A stretch of DNA of 64,000 nucleotides from Alphaproteobacteria bacterium (GTDB lineage: Bacteria; Pseudomonadota; Alphaproteobacteria; MPNO01): the NCBI GenBank assembly GCA_965248835.1, contig CBDFLJ010000002.1, forward strand, positions 1,024,001-1,088,000, given 5' to 3'. Under the pieces are notes generated by a model. That model saw only the letters and a program-made list of their open reading frames with translations. It was not told the origin of the DNA and did no database searches. This document shows positions 9,315-22,076 of the stretch, one piece after another (within the stretch, counting starts at the first letter, position 1; each line of letters opens with the position of its first letter). A program made the position numbers and the translations under genes.

Positions 9315-10271
9315 TCAGTTCACACCGATTTCGCGCGCGTAGCTGTCCAGCGGCTTGATCGTCTTGATCAGCCCTTGCGCCTTGAGGAAAGCGGCGAACC
9401 GTTCGTAGCGGGCGCGGTCGAGCGCCGCCGGGCGCAGCGCGAACCGCGGTAAGGTATCGCGCCAGGCCCGCCGGTTGAGCTCGTCGTCAAGCTGCTTGCG
9501 CCCCTTGATGAACAGCTTCCAGCTCCGGTCGGGGTGGTTGACCAGGTACTGGACTCCTTCCTCGAGCGCCCGGACGAAGGCGGCGATGCGCCGATCACCC
9601 AGCCGGTCGCGATGGGCAAGGACGATCAGCTCGTCATAGGGCGGCACCCCTTCCTCCTCGACATAGAAGGCTCGTCCCGGCCGCTTGAGGATGTCGAGCT
9701 GGTTGAGCTCGAAATTCCGATAGGCGCCGATGACCGCATCGACCTTGCCCGACAGCAGCGACGGCGAGAGCGAGAAATTGACGTTGATCAGCGTTATGTC
9801 GCCGATCCCGAGCCCGTGGCGCGCGAGCATCGCGCGCAGCAGCGCGTCCTCGAATCCGCCGATCGAAAAGCCGATCTTGCGGCCCTTCAGGTCGGCGATC
9901 GACCTGATCGGCCCATCGGCAAGCACCACCAGCGAGTTGAGCGGGGTCGCGACCAGGGTCGCCACGCGGACCAGCGGCAGCCCGGCTTCGGACTGCAGGT
10001 GGAGCTGCGGCTGATAGGAGATTGCAAGCAGAGCCTTTCCGGCGGCGACCAGCTTGGGCGGGTCGTTGGGATCGGCCGGCGCGACCAATTCGACATCGAG
10101 CCCCCTGGCCTCGAACAGGCCGCGCTCCTTGGCCACGAACAGCGGGGCATGGTCCGGGTTGACGAACCAGTCGAGCAGTACCGTGAGCCGGTCCGCCGCC
10201 GTAGCCGGGCCTGCGGCCAGGATCGCTGCAGCAACGGCTGCGGCGCGCATCGCAATCGGGATCGCCATCAA
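9315..10271 (-). CDS. thiY: NMT1/THI5-family ABC substrate-binding protein (hydroxymethylpyrimidine precursor uptake)
   Basis: LDWFVNPDHAP motif, signal peptide, downstream of a TPP riboswitch. Confidence 0.8.
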   Translation of the reverse strand: MMAIPIAMRAAAVAAAILAAGPATAADRLTVLLDWFVNPDHAPLFVAKERGLFEARGLDVELVAPADPNDPPKLVAAGKALLAISYQPQLHLQSEAGLPLVRVATLVATPLNSLVVLADGPIRSIADLKGRKIGFSIGGFEDALLRAMLARHGLGIGDITLINVNFSLSPSLLSGKVDAVIGAYRNFELNQLDILKRPGRAFYVEEEGVPPYDELIVLAHRDRLGDRRIAAFVRALEEGVQYLVNHPDRSWKLFIKGRKQLDDELNRRAWRDTLPRFALRPAALDRARYERFAAFLKAQGLIKTIKPLDSYAREIGVN

Positions 10272-10277
10272 AACCCC

Positions 10278-11036
10278 CTATTTCTCGTCATCGAAGGATT
10301 CGCGCTGCCAGTAGAGGCAACGCCTGAGTACGGTGTCGGTTGCGTAGTAGAGACCGACCGCCATGACCGCCAAGGTGAACAGGGCCGCGAACATCACATC
10401 GACCTGAAGCCGGGCATTGGCGTGCAGCATCAGGTAGCCCAGTCCGCCGCTCGAGCCGACCCATTCGCCGACCACCGCTCCGATCGGAGCGGTCGCAGCG
10501 GCAACGCGAACGCCCGACGCCAGCGCCGGCAACGCCGCCGGCAGGCGGACCACCCGGAGGATCATCATCGCCGAGCCGTTCATGACCCGGGCGAGCTCCA
10601 GCCAGCCCGGCTCGGTCCGCCGCAGCCCGTCGAAGAAGGAAGCGGTGACCGGGAAGTAGATGATCAGGACCGCCATCGCGATCTTCGAGGCCATGCCGTA
10701 GCCGAGCCACAGCACCAGGATCGGCGCCAGAGCGAACACCGGGACGGCCTGGGAGATCACCATGACCGGCATCAGCCAGCGCCGGGCGGGACGGAAGTAG
10801 GCCATGCTCAGAGCGCTCGCCGAGCCGATCAGGCAGCCGATCGCGAGGCCGGCGAGGATCTCGGTCCCGGTGAGAGCGGCATGGTCGAGGATCTCCCCGC
10901 TCCGCGCGGCGAAGGCCGCAGCCACGCGTCCCGGGCCGGGCAGGATGTATGGCTCCGCGCCGGTTGCCTGCACCACCGCGGACCAGACCAGGATCAGTCC
11001 GGCCACGACGACCAGCCCGCGGGCGAACAGCCTCAC
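10278..11036 (-). CDS. thiX: ABC permease (ThiX-like)
   Basis: GTG 11036; EAA-like loop and APIGAVVGEWVGS motif. Confidence 0.78.
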   Translation of the reverse strand: MRLFARGLVVVAGLILVWSAVVQATGAEPYILPGPGRVAAAFAARSGEILDHAALTGTEILAGLAIGCLIGSASALSMAYFRPARRWLMPVMVISQAVPVFALAPILVLWLGYGMASKIAMAVLIIYFPVTASFFDGLRRTEPGWLELARVMNGSAMMILRVVRLPAALPALASGVRVAAATAPIGAVVGEWVGSSGGLGYLMLHANARLQVDVMFAALFTLAVMAVGLYYATDTVLRRCLYWQRESFDDEK

Positions 11037-11815
11037 GGCGCACCGCCGGCGGCGACGAGCCGCTGCAGCAGATCGCGGTAGCGGGACTGCATACGGGTGT
11101 CGCCGGAGTCCCTTGGCGGATGTCCCTCCGGGCGGATCGGCGGGCCGAGCCGCGCCGGCCGGTGCGCCATGACGTAGATCTGATGGCCCAGCCTCAGCGC
11201 CTCCATCGGGTCGTGGGTGACCAGGAGGACGGTCTTGCCGTCGAGCAGTTGAGAGGCGAGGTCCTGAATGCGGACCCGGGTGATCGCATCCAGCGCCGAG
11301 AACGGCTCGTCCATCAGCACGACCGGCCGATCCTCGATCAGGGTGCGGGCGAGCGCGGCGCGTTGCCGCATGCCGCCCGAGCATTCCGCCGGCAGGAGCG
11401 CGCCGTCGCCGCCCAGCCCGACCTTGTCCAGCAGCTTGGCGGCGCGGGCCGTGGCTTCGGGGCCGCACTCCCGACGCAGCCGCGGGCCCAGCAGGACGTT
11501 CTCGGCCAGGCTGAGCCAGGGCAGCAGCAGGTCCTGCTGGGCCATGAAGGCCGCACGGCCGTCGAGCGCTGCACCGTCGCCGCAGCGCACCGTGCATCGG
11601 CCCTCACCCTGGACCAGGCCGGCGATCAGCCGCAGCAAGGTCGATTTACCGACCCCGCTGGGGCCCAGGATGCAGGTCCATTGCCCGCCCGGCAGGTCGA
11701 ATTCCAGGTCCTCGATCAGCGTCTGGCCGGCAAACGCGATACGCTCCGCCAAGACGTGCACCGTCTTCCAGTGACCGTCCGGTGGCCGGCTATGCGTGTG
11801 CGCTTCTTGCTGCAT
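11033..11815 (-). CDS. thiZ: ABC ATP-binding protein (ThiZ-like)
   Basis: Walker A GPSGVGKS, SGGMRQR, MDEPFSALD. Confidence 0.8.
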   Translation of the reverse strand: MQQEAHTHSRPPDGHWKTVHVLAERIAFAGQTLIEDLEFDLPGGQWTCILGPSGVGKSTLLRLIAGLVQGEGRCTVRCGDGAALDGRAAFMAQQDLLLPWLSLAENVLLGPRLRRECGPEATARAAKLLDKVGLGGDGALLPAECSGGMRQRAALARTLIEDRPVVLMDEPFSALDAITRVRIQDLASQLLDGKTVLLVTHDPMEALRLGHQIYVMAHRPARLGPPIRPEGHPPRDSGDTRMQSRYRDLLQRLVAAGGAP

Positions 11816-11820
11816 GATCC

Positions 11821-11913
11821 ACCGATCCCTACGCCGGCATGACCCGGTTCAGGTTCGAGGGGTCGTCCCAGGGGCGGGACCTCTCAGCCGATGCCTCGGC
11901 TCCCCCCAGTGCT
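11821..11913 (-). ncRNA. TPP riboswitch
   Basis: Minus strand GGGGGAGCC...GGCTGAGA...ACCCCTCGAACCTGAACCGGGTCATGCCGGCGTAGGGA matches the THI-box consensus and lies directly upstream of the transporter. Confidence 0.95.
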
Positions 11914-11991
11914 CCAATCACTATGGCCGCATCGCCCGGGCTTGGCAAGCGGTCGCCTTGACCATGCCGGTGCGCCCGCTAAGGTCGTGCG

Positions 11992-12489
11992 ATGGATCGC
12001 CGTGGATTTCTCCGGGCCGGGCTTGGCGCGGCCGGGCTTGGTGTCGGCGCGGGTCTGGTCCCGGGCGGCACGGCGCGGGCCGAGCGCGGCCTGGCGCGGT
12101 TCTCCAAGCTGCCGCTGGCGATCCACAGCGGTGCGAAGATGCACCGCTTCACCGTCGAGCTGGCCCTGACCGAGCGCCAGCAGCGCCAGGGCCTGATGTT
12201 CCGCCGTCGCATGGCCCAGGACGCGGGCATGCTGTTCGTCTACCGCACGCCGCGGATGCTCTCGATGTGGATGCGCAACACCTACATCCCGCTGGACATG
12301 ATCTTCATCGCCGCGGACGGGACGATCGCCCATATCGTCGAGCGCACGGTGCCGCTGTCGAGCGCGACGATATTCTCCGGCCGGGAGGTGATCGGGGTCC
12401 TGGAATTGAACGCCGGGGCGGCGGCCCGACTGGGGCTGTCGCCGGGCGACAGGGTCACCGCCGCGGTATTCGGCGCCACGTCGCCGTGA
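11992..12489 (+). CDS. DUF192 family protein with Tat signal
   Basis: MDRRGFL Tat motif; GLMFR, WMRNTYIPLDMIF and VLELNAG motifs. Confidence 0.88.
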   Translation: MDRRGFLRAGLGAAGLGVGAGLVPGGTARAERGLARFSKLPLAIHSGAKMHRFTVELALTERQQRQGLMFRRRMAQDAGMLFVYRTPRMLSMWMRNTYIPLDMIFIAADGTIAHIVERTVPLSSATIFSGREVIGVLELNAGAAARLGLSPGDRVTAAVFGATSP

Positions 12490-12514
12490 GCGCGGGGGCT
12501 CCGGCCGAAAAAAT

Positions 12515-12561
12515 GTTCACATCCTGTTCTTTTTGCTTGTGTACAGGAACAAAGATGGTAC
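12515..12561 (+). promoter_or_regulatory. two alphaproteobacterial LexA (SOS) boxes upstream of recA
   Basis: GTTC-ACATCCT-GTTC (12515-12529) and GAAC-AAAGATG-GTAC (12547-12561). Confidence 0.9.
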
Positions 12562-12616
12562 ATTGAGCGTCCGTTGCACCTCCTGCCGGGCTATGGAATA
12601 ACCAATGGAGCGCTCG

Positions 12617-13699
12617 ATGACCCAAAGCAGCCTGAGACTGGTCGAGAAGGACAGCATGGATCGCAACAAGGCACTGGAGGCCGCGCTCAGCCAGATCGAG
12701 CGGGCCCACGGCAAGGGCTCGATCATGAAGCTGGGCGAGAACGACCGCCGCAGCGATATCGAGTCGATTTCGACCGGATCGCTCGGGCTCGACATCGCGC
12801 TGGGGATCGGCGGCCTGCCGCGCGGCAGGGTGGTCGAGATCTACGGCCCGGAGAGCTCGGGCAAGACCACGCTGGCGCTGCATGTCGTGGCCGAGGCCCA
12901 GCGCGCCGGCGGGACCTGCGCCTTCATCGATGCCGAGCACGCGCTCGATCCGCCCTATGCCGGCAAGCTCGGCGTCGACGTCAGCGAGCTCCTGATCAGC
13001 CAGCCCGATGCCGGCGAGCAGGCGCTCGAGATCGCCGACACTCTGGTGCGGTCGGGTGCGGTCGATGTGATCGTGATCGACAGCGTGGCCGCGCTGGTGC
13101 CTCGCGCCGAGCTCGAGGGCGAGATGGGCGACATCCATGTCGGGCTTCAGGCGCGGTTGATGAGCCAAGCCCTGCGCAAGCTCACCGGCTCGATCGCGCG
13201 CTCGCGCTGCCTGATCGTCTTCATCAACCAGATCCGAATGAAGATCGGCGTGATGTTCGGCAGCCCGGAGACCACGAGCGGCGGCAACGCCTTGAAGTTC
13301 TATGCCTCGGTGCGGCTCGACATCCGTCGGATCGGCGCGATCAAGGACCGCGACGAGGTCGTCGGCAACCAGACCCGGGTCAAGGTGGTCAAGAACAAGC
13401 TTGCCCCGCCCTTCAAGGCGGTGGAGTTCGACATCATGTACGGCGAGGGCATCTCCAAGACCGGTGAACTGATCGATCTCGGCGTGAAGTCGAGCATTGT
13501 CGAGAAGTCCGGCGCCTGGTTCTCCTTCGGCGACCAGCGGATCGGCCAGGGCCGCGAGAACACCAAGCAGTTCTTGCGCGAGAATGCCGAGATCGCCGAG
13601 ACGATCGAGCGCGCCGTGCGCGAGAATGCCGGCCTGATCGCCGCGGCCCCGATGATCACCCGCGAGGACACGGACGAGCCCGAAGAGAGCATCCTGTAG
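12617..13699 (+). CDS. recA: recombinase RecA
   Basis: [34 protein letters not shown]; start is 12617 or 12605. Confidence 0.99.
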   Translation: MTQSSLRLVEKDSMDRNKALEAALSQIERAHGKGSIMKLGENDRRSDIESISTGSLGLDIALGIGGLPRGRVVEIYGPESSGKTTLALHVVAEAQRAGGTCAFIDAEHALDPPYAGKLGVDVSELLISQPDAGEQALEIADTLVRSGAVDVIVIDSVAALVPRAELEGEMGDIHVGLQARLMSQALRKLTGSIARSRCLIVFINQIRMKIGVMFGSPETTSGGNALKFYASVRLDIRRIGAIKDRDEVVGNQTRVKVVKNKLAPPFKAVEFDIMYGEGISKTGELIDLGVKSSIVEKSGAWFSFGDQRIGQGRENTKQFLRENAEIAETIERAVRENAGLIAAAPMITREDTDEPEESIL

Positions 13700-13892
13700 C
13701 CCGTCTTCCGATCGGATCGGGTCGATCCGGTGTACGCCCTTCCGCGCTCTGCTCGAGCCGCTGTAGGGGGCTCGCTGGACAGCAACGGCGGCGCACGATA
13801 AGAGTGGAGGCTGCCGCTGCGTTCGGTCCGACTGACGGGCGGGCTCGGCCGCGGCCTCCATATGTCCGACCAGACGTGCCCGCAATCGGCCG

Positions 13893-16578
<2,686 letters not shown>

Positions 16579-16583
<5 letters not shown>

Positions 16584-16600
16584 GCCGGACCGGGCTCAGC
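16579..16600. terminator. hairpin between convergent alaS and icd
   Basis: GCTGAGCC-ggaccg-GGCTCAGC; the stem contains both stop codons; no U-tract. Confidence 0.45.
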
Positions 16601-17810
16601 CCATTGCGGACTTCAGCCGCTCATCCAGCTTGTCAAGGAACTGGTTGGTGGTCTGCCAGGGCTGGTCCGGCCCGATCAGCACGGCGAGGTCCTTGGTCAT
16701 GAACCCCGCCTCGACGGTCTGGCGGCAGACCTGCTCCAAGGCCTCGGCGAAGCGCACCACCTCGGGCGTGTCGTCGAACGTGCCGCGGTAGTAGAGCCCG
16801 CGGGTCCAGGCGAAGATCGAGGCGATCGGGTTGGTCGAGGTCTCCTTGCCCTGCTGGTGCTGCCGGTAGTGCCTGGTTACCGTGCCGTGGGCGGCCTCGG
16901 CCTCGACGGTCCTGCCGTCCGGGGTCATCAGCACCGAGGTCATAAGTCCCAGCGAGCCGAAGCCCTGGGCGGCGGTGTCGGACTGCACGTCGCCGTCGTA
17001 GTTCTTGCAGGCCCAGACGAACTCGCCGGACCATTTGAGCGCCTGGGCAACCATGTCGTCGATCAGCCGGTGCTCGTAGGTGAGGTCCCTGGCCTTGAAC
17101 TTGTCTGCGAACTCCTGGTCGAAGACCTCCTGGAACAGGTCCTTGAACCGGCCGTCATAGGCCTTGAGGATGGTGTTCTTGGTCGACAGGTAGACCGGCC
17201 AGCCGCGGTCCAGCCCGTAGTTGAAGCTCGAGCGCGCGAAGCCCCTGATGCTCTCGTCGAGATTGTACATGCCCAGCGCGACGCCGCTGTCCTCGAAGGT
17301 CATCACGTCGCGGGTTTGGGCCTCGCCGCCGTCGGCCGGCTCGAAGGTCATCGTCAGCTTGCCGGGCCCCGGGATCAGGAAATCGGTTGCCCGGTATTGA
17401 TCGCCATAGGCATGGCGGCCGATGACGAAGGGATGGGTCCAGCCCGGCACCAGGCGCGGGATGTTCTTGATCACGATCGGCTCGCGGAAGATCGTGCCGC
17501 CGACGATGTTGCGGATCGTGCCGTTGGGCGAGCGGTACATGCGCTTGAGCCCGAACTCTTCGACCCGGTCCTCGTCCGGGGTGATGGTCGCGCATTTGAC
17601 CGCAACGCCGTACTCCTTGGTCGCGTTGGCGGAATCGATGGTGATCTGGTCCTCGGTCCTGTCGCGCGCCTCGATGCCGAGGTCGTAATAGATCAGCTCC
17701 ACGTCGACATAGGGCAGGATCAGCTTGTCCTTGATGAACTGCCAGATGATCCGGGTCATCTCGTCGCCATCCATTTCGACGATGGGATTGGCGACTTTGA
17801 TTTTGCTCAT
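16596..17810 (-). CDS. icd: NADP-dependent isocitrate dehydrogenase
   Basis: [34 protein letters not shown]. Confidence 0.99.
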   Translation of the reverse strand: MSKIKVANPIVEMDGDEMTRIIWQFIKDKLILPYVDVELIYYDLGIEARDRTEDQITIDSANATKEYGVAVKCATITPDEDRVEEFGLKRMYRSPNGTIRNIVGGTIFREPIVIKNIPRLVPGWTHPFVIGRHAYGDQYRATDFLIPGPGKLTMTFEPADGGEAQTRDVMTFEDSGVALGMYNLDESIRGFARSSFNYGLDRGWPVYLSTKNTILKAYDGRFKDLFQEVFDQEFADKFKARDLTYEHRLIDDMVAQALKWSGEFVWACKNYDGDVQSDTAAQGFGSLGLMTSVLMTPDGRTVEAEAAHGTVTRHYRQHQQGKETSTNPIASIFAWTRGLYYRGTFDDTPEVVRFAEALEQVCRQTVEAGFMTKDLAVLIGPDQPWQTTNQFLDKLDERLKSAMG

Positions 17811-17937
17811 AGATTCGTCCCTCCGATCCTGCGGTGCCAGAGGCCCCGCATCGGGCTATCAACATCGATTCTCTCCCGATTTGGCGCACCATAACATCGC
17901 GCCCGACGAGCGCAAGCTGGCGGCCCCGCGGCCGTGG

Positions 17938-18522
17938 TCAGAGGCTCTCGGAGGCCGCCTCGTCGTGCTCGGGAACGACCCGCAGCAAAGCCTCGATCGC
18001 GGCTTCGGCGTCGGGCACGAAGCGCATCAGGGTCCGCGTCGAGGCCTGTGCGAATCCGTCCGCGATCACCGCCTCGGCGAGCGCCTCGAGCCGGTCCCAG
18101 TACCCGTCGGTGCTGACGATCACCATCGGCCGTGTGTGCAGGCCGAGCTGGCGCCAGGTGACCAGCTCTATCACCTCGTCCAGCGTTCCGAGCCCGCCGG
18201 GCAGCGCGCACGCGGCCTGGCTCAACTCGAACATGAGCTGCTTGCGCTCGTGCATGGTTGCCACGACGTGCACCGCGCTCAGACCCTTGTGGTTCGGCTC
18301 GCGGTCGACCAGGAAGGTCGGAATGACCCCCACGACCTCGCCGCCGGCCGCGAGCGCACTGTCGGCTACCGCGCCCATCATGCCGACCCCACCACCGCCG
18401 TAGACGATCCTGACTCCGTTCTCCGCCAGGCCGCGGCCGAGCTCTGCGGCGCTGCGGCGGTAGTTTTCCGATTTCCCGGCCGAGGAGCCGCAAAAGACGC
18501 TGACGGATTCGATGGCGGTCAT
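17938..18522 (-). CDS. LOG family nucleotide phosphoribohydrolase
   Basis: VFCGSS, YGGG, MHERK and PGGLGTLDE motifs; ATG 18522. Confidence 0.92.
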   Translation of the reverse strand: MTAIESVSVFCGSSAGKSENYRRSAAELGRGLAENGVRIVYGGGGVGMMGAVADSALAAGGEVVGVIPTFLVDREPNHKGLSAVHVVATMHERKQLMFELSQAACALPGGLGTLDEVIELVTWRQLGLHTRPMVIVSTDGYWDRLEALAEAVIADGFAQASTRTLMRFVPDAEAAIEALLRVVPEHDEAASESL

Positions 18523-18695
18523 GGCTGCTCCGGCGAGGCTTCGGGTGGCGGATCGAACCACAGCGGCGGGCGTCCGACAAGTCGGCCGGCGGGGCGCGGC
18601 CGCGCTCGCATATCCGGGCAACAGGACATCGGCTTGACGCTTCGGGCGAAAGAAGGAAAGCTGGTCCGAGGACAAACAGACATGTGGGGGTTGCG

Positions 18696-19190
18696 ATGGT
18701 CAATGGGATGTCGAAGGTGGCGATCGTCGGACTTGTGCTGGGAGCCGCGGTCGCCTTAGCGCCTGTGGCCGCCTCGGCGGCGGGGGAGAAGGATCCCGTC
18801 GCCGTCAGGCAGGCCATGATGAAAGAGCTCGGTGCCCACATGAAGGGCATCGGCGGGTTCCTCAAGGGCGGCGCGCGCGCGGGAACGGCGGCTGATGTGG
18901 CGCTGCGCGGCCGGGCAATCGCCGCGGCCGCGGTGAAGATCCCGACGCTGTTCCCCAAGGGCAGCGGCCTCGACGACCTTGGTCTGGAAAAGTCCGGCGC
19001 CAAGGCCGCGATCTGGCAGCGCTGGGACGACTTCGAAGCCGCTTCCCGGAACCTCGGACAGCAGGCGATGGCATTCACCGCCGCCGCAGAGACCGGGGAC
19101 AACGGCAAGATCAAGGCCGCGATGGGTACCCTGGGCAAGTTGGGCTGCGGCGGCTGTCACAGGGATTTCCGGCAAAAACGCCAGAATTAG
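18696..19190 (+). CDS. cytochrome c'/c556 (class II)
   Basis: Signal peptide, RQAMMK, AIWQRWDDF and C-terminal CGGCH. Confidence 0.9.
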   Translation: MVNGMSKVAIVGLVLGAAVALAPVAASAAGEKDPVAVRQAMMKELGAHMKGIGGFLKGGARAGTAADVALRGRAIAAAAVKIPTLFPKGSGLDDLGLEKSGAKAAIWQRWDDFEAASRNLGQQAMAFTAAAETGDNGKIKAAMGTLGKLGCGGCHRDFRQKRQN

Positions 19191-19209
19191 CCGCCGGCGG
19201 ATCCGCTCG

Positions 19210-20115
19210 ATGGGCGCCGCGCTCCGGTCCGCCGGTCGGGCCGCCGCGGCGCTTTCCATCGTGGCGGCTGCGGCTGTGGTCTTGGGTGTGCGGCCCGCTT
19301 GCACCGATGAGATCGCGCGCGGGCGCTATCTGGTGGCGGCCGGCGGCTGCCTGGGCTGCCACACCGATCTCAAGGCCAAGGGTCCGCCCTATGCCGGCGG
19401 TGCGGCGCTGAAGACGCCGTTCGGCGATTTCTTCGCGCCCAACATCACGCCGCACCGCACCGACGGCATCGGCGCCTGGTCCGAGGCCGACTTTGCCCGG
19501 GCGATGCGCCGGGGGGTCGCGCCGGACGGGTCGCATTATTTCCCGGTCTTCCCCTATACGTCGTTCACCGGGGTCAGCGATGCCGATCTGGCGGCGATGT
19601 ATGGCTATCTGATATCTCTCGCGCCGGTCGACCGGGCGAACCGGCCTCACGCTCTGGGCTTCCCGTTCCGCTTGCGGTTCCTGCAGACTTTCTGGAAATG
19701 GCTGTTCTTCGAGTCCGGGCCGTTCCGCGCCGACCCGGCCCGGTCGGCCGGATGGAATCGCGGCGCCTATCTGGTGCGGGCACTCACCCATTGCGGCGAA
19801 TGCCACACGCCGCGCAACGCGCTGGGCGCGCTGGACCACGAATTGTGGCTTGCCGGCACGTCCGACGGGCCTGAGGGTGAGGCGACGCCGAACCTCACGC
19901 CCGACGACAAGACCGGGCTGGGCGGTTGGAGCGAAGACGATCTGGCGACCTATTTGACGATCGGCATGGACCCGGAAGGCGATTTCGCCGGCTCGCTGAT
20001 GGCCGATGTGATCGAGCACGGCACCGGCAAGCTCATCGAGGCCGATATCACGGCAATAATTGCGTACTTGCGCGCCTTGCCGCCGATCGAGAACAAGATC
20101 ACGCCCAAGAATTGA
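19210..20115 (+). CDS. diheme cytochrome c
   Basis: CLGCH and CGECH; APNITP/TPNLTP motifs; ATG 19210. Confidence 0.9.
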   Translation: MGAALRSAGRAAAALSIVAAAAVVLGVRPACTDEIARGRYLVAAGGCLGCHTDLKAKGPPYAGGAALKTPFGDFFAPNITPHRTDGIGAWSEADFARAMRRGVAPDGSHYFPVFPYTSFTGVSDADLAAMYGYLISLAPVDRANRPHALGFPFRLRFLQTFWKWLFFESGPFRADPARSAGWNRGAYLVRALTHCGECHTPRNALGALDHELWLAGTSDGPEGEATPNLTPDDKTGLGGWSEDDLATYLTIGMDPEGDFAGSLMADVIEHGTGKLIEADITAIIAYLRALPPIENKITPKN

Positions 20116-20206
20116 TGCCTGGCGGCCGCTGCCGTCGATTGCAACCCGCCATGGTTGGGTTTACCATCGATCCGGTGTGGCGTTGCCGGCCGGGTCGGGA
20201 AATACA

Positions 20207-22006
20207 GTGAACAGGCTCGTATTTTTGGGTGCCTTGGGAGCGGTTATCATTGCTGCCGCGTTGGGCATCGTATATCTGGACGAACGTCCCTCCGGCGGGG
20301 ACGGGCCGGCGCGGACCGGCGACGAAGCGCCGATTCGCCCGCTGGTGGACACCGAACGCCCGGACCCGACCCCCACAGGCGCGGCGCCGACCCGGACACA
20401 ACCGCGTCGGGCCGCACCGAATCGGCAAGCCGACACCCAGCCCGATCCGGTGCCGCAGCCCAAGCCCGCCGGCCGTCGTGCCGCGGTCGTCGATTCGGCT
20501 CCGAAGAGCCCGCCGACCCGGCTTGCCTTGCCAGCGCCCGCGGAGGCGAGCTCGGTGCCGCAGCCGAGGCCACCTGCCCGCCGTGCCGCAATTGCCGATC
20601 CGGCCCCGAATCGCCCGTCGGCACGGCCTGCTTCGCCCGCGTCCGCAGAGCCTGGTCCGGTGCCGCAGCGGAGACCCGCCGCCCGCCGCGCCACGAGCGC
20701 CGATTCGCCTTCGAATCGCCCGTCGGCACGGCTTGCCTCGCCCGCGCCCGTAGAGCCCGGTCCGGTGCCTCAGTCGAGACCACTCGCCCGCCGTGTCACG
20801 GTCGCCGAGCCGCCTCCGAAGCGCCCGCCGGCACGGCTCGCCTCGCCAGCGCCTGCAGGGTCCGGTTCGGTGCCGCAGCCGAAGCCGTCGGGCCGCCGCG
20901 CCGCGGTTGCCGATCCCCCCCCGAGTCGCCCACCGCCTCGCGTCGCCTCGCCGGCGCCTGCAGGGCCCGGCCCGAGCGCAACGGCAAGAGCGGCTGTCAA
21001 GCGTTCCGCCAAGCTCGCCGATCCCCCCGCACCTTCGCGTGAGCGCACGCCGAAAGTGCCGGTCGCGCCGCGGTTCGATATCGTGCGTGTCAACCCGGCC
21101 GGCGATGTCCTCGTCGCCGGGGTCGCCGCGCCGCATGCCGAGGTGGTGGTCTCCGACGGCGAGACCGAGCTTGGGCGCACCCGCGCCGACAAGCGGGGCG
21201 ACTGGGTGCTGCTGCCGAACGCGCCGCTCGCGCCGGGCCCTCACGAGCTGGCGCTCTACAGCCGGGACCGCGCCGACGAGAATGCACCCAGGGTCCAGTC
21301 CGAGCGCAAGGTCGTCCTGATTGTGCCGGAAGCGGGCAAAGACATCGCCGGGCGGCCGAGCCGCACGGAATCGGGCGCGCTCGCGCTCGCGGTCCCGCGT
21401 AGCGGCAGGGGAGGCAGCGTCGTCCTGCAGAAGCCCCAGGTTGGTCCATCGGAGGAGGAGCAGGAAGCGTCTGCCGCCGAACCGCCGCGGCCGTCAGATG
21501 TCGCGCCCGCCGCGGGCACGACCGCCGGCCCCGCTGACCCGGGAGCATCGGCGCTGAGGCTCGATACCGTCGACTACGACGAACAGGGCGAGGTGGAAAT
21601 CAGCGGCCGGGCGAGCGATGGGGCACGGGTCCAGCTCTATCTGGACAACGAGCCCGTCGGGCATGCCAAGGCCGGCGAAGACGGCCAATGGCGGCTCGCT
21701 CCGGAGGAGGCAGTCAAGCCCGGCGACTACCGCCTGCGTGTCGACCAGATGGATCGTGAAGGCGCGGTGGTCGCGCGCATCGAATTGCCTTTCTCGCGGG
21801 CCGGTCCGCTCGGCGATCTGCCGCGCGGACCGGTGGTCGTCGTCCAGCCCGGCAACAGCCTGTGGCGGATCGCCAAAAGGGTCTATGGCCGCGGAATCCG
21901 GTTCACGGTGATCTACCAGGCGAACCGGCGGCAGATCCGCGATCCCCACTTGATCTATCCGGGCCAGATCTTCGTGCTTCCGAGTCCGGCCCGCCGCGCC
22001 GGCTAG
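20207..22006 (+). CDS. membrane-anchored LysM protein with Ig-like domains and a Pro/Arg-rich repeat stalk
   Basis: N-terminal TM segment, FDIVRVNPAGD domain and C-terminal VVQPGNSLWRIA...IYQANRRQIRDPHLIYPGQ (LysM). Confidence 0.88.
   Translation: MNRLVFLGALGAVIIAAALGIVYLDERPSGGDGPARTGDEAPIRPLVDTERPDPTPTGAAPTRTQPRRAAPNRQADTQPDPVPQPKPAGRRAAVVDSAPKSPPTRLALPAPAEASSVPQPRPPARRAAIADPAPNRPSARPASPASAEPGPVPQRRPAARRATSADSPSNRPSARLASPAPVEPGPVPQSRPLARRVTVAEPPPKRPPARLASPAPAGSGSVPQPKPSGRRAAVADPPPSRPPPRVASPAPAGPGPSATARAAVKRSAKLADPPAPSRERTPKVPVAPRFDIVRVNPAGDVLVAGVAAPHAEVVVSDGETELGRTRADKRGDWVLLPNAPLAPGPHELALYSRDRADENAPRVQSERKVVLIVPEAGKDIAGRPSRTESGALALAVPRSGRGGSVVLQKPQVGPSEEEQEASAAEPPRPSDVAPAAGTTAGPADPGASALRLDTVDYDEQGEVEISGRASDGARVQLYLDNEPVGHAKAGEDGQWRLAPEEAVKPGDYRLRVDQMDREGAVVARIELPFSRAGPLGDLPRGPVVVVQPGNSLWRIAKRVYGRGIRFTVIYQANRRQIRDPHLIYPGQIFVLPSPARRAG
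20447..20971 (+). repeat. five degenerate 105-bp (35-aa) tandem repeats
   Basis: (C/T)CGGTGCC(G/T)CAG recurs near 20447, 20552, 20657, 20762 and 20867; protein unit VPQxxPxxRRAxxADxxPxRPxARLASPAPAxPGP. Confidence 0.9.
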
Positions 22007-22076
22007 CGCATTGTCCCCTCGGGTCGGTCCGATCGGAACAGGCTCCATAACGCCGGATAACCCTCGGGCACGGGGA

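Noticed and set aside
20447-20971. Periodic repeat as a CRISPR array
   Set aside because: In-frame 105-bp coding repeats with no unique spacers and no cas genes.
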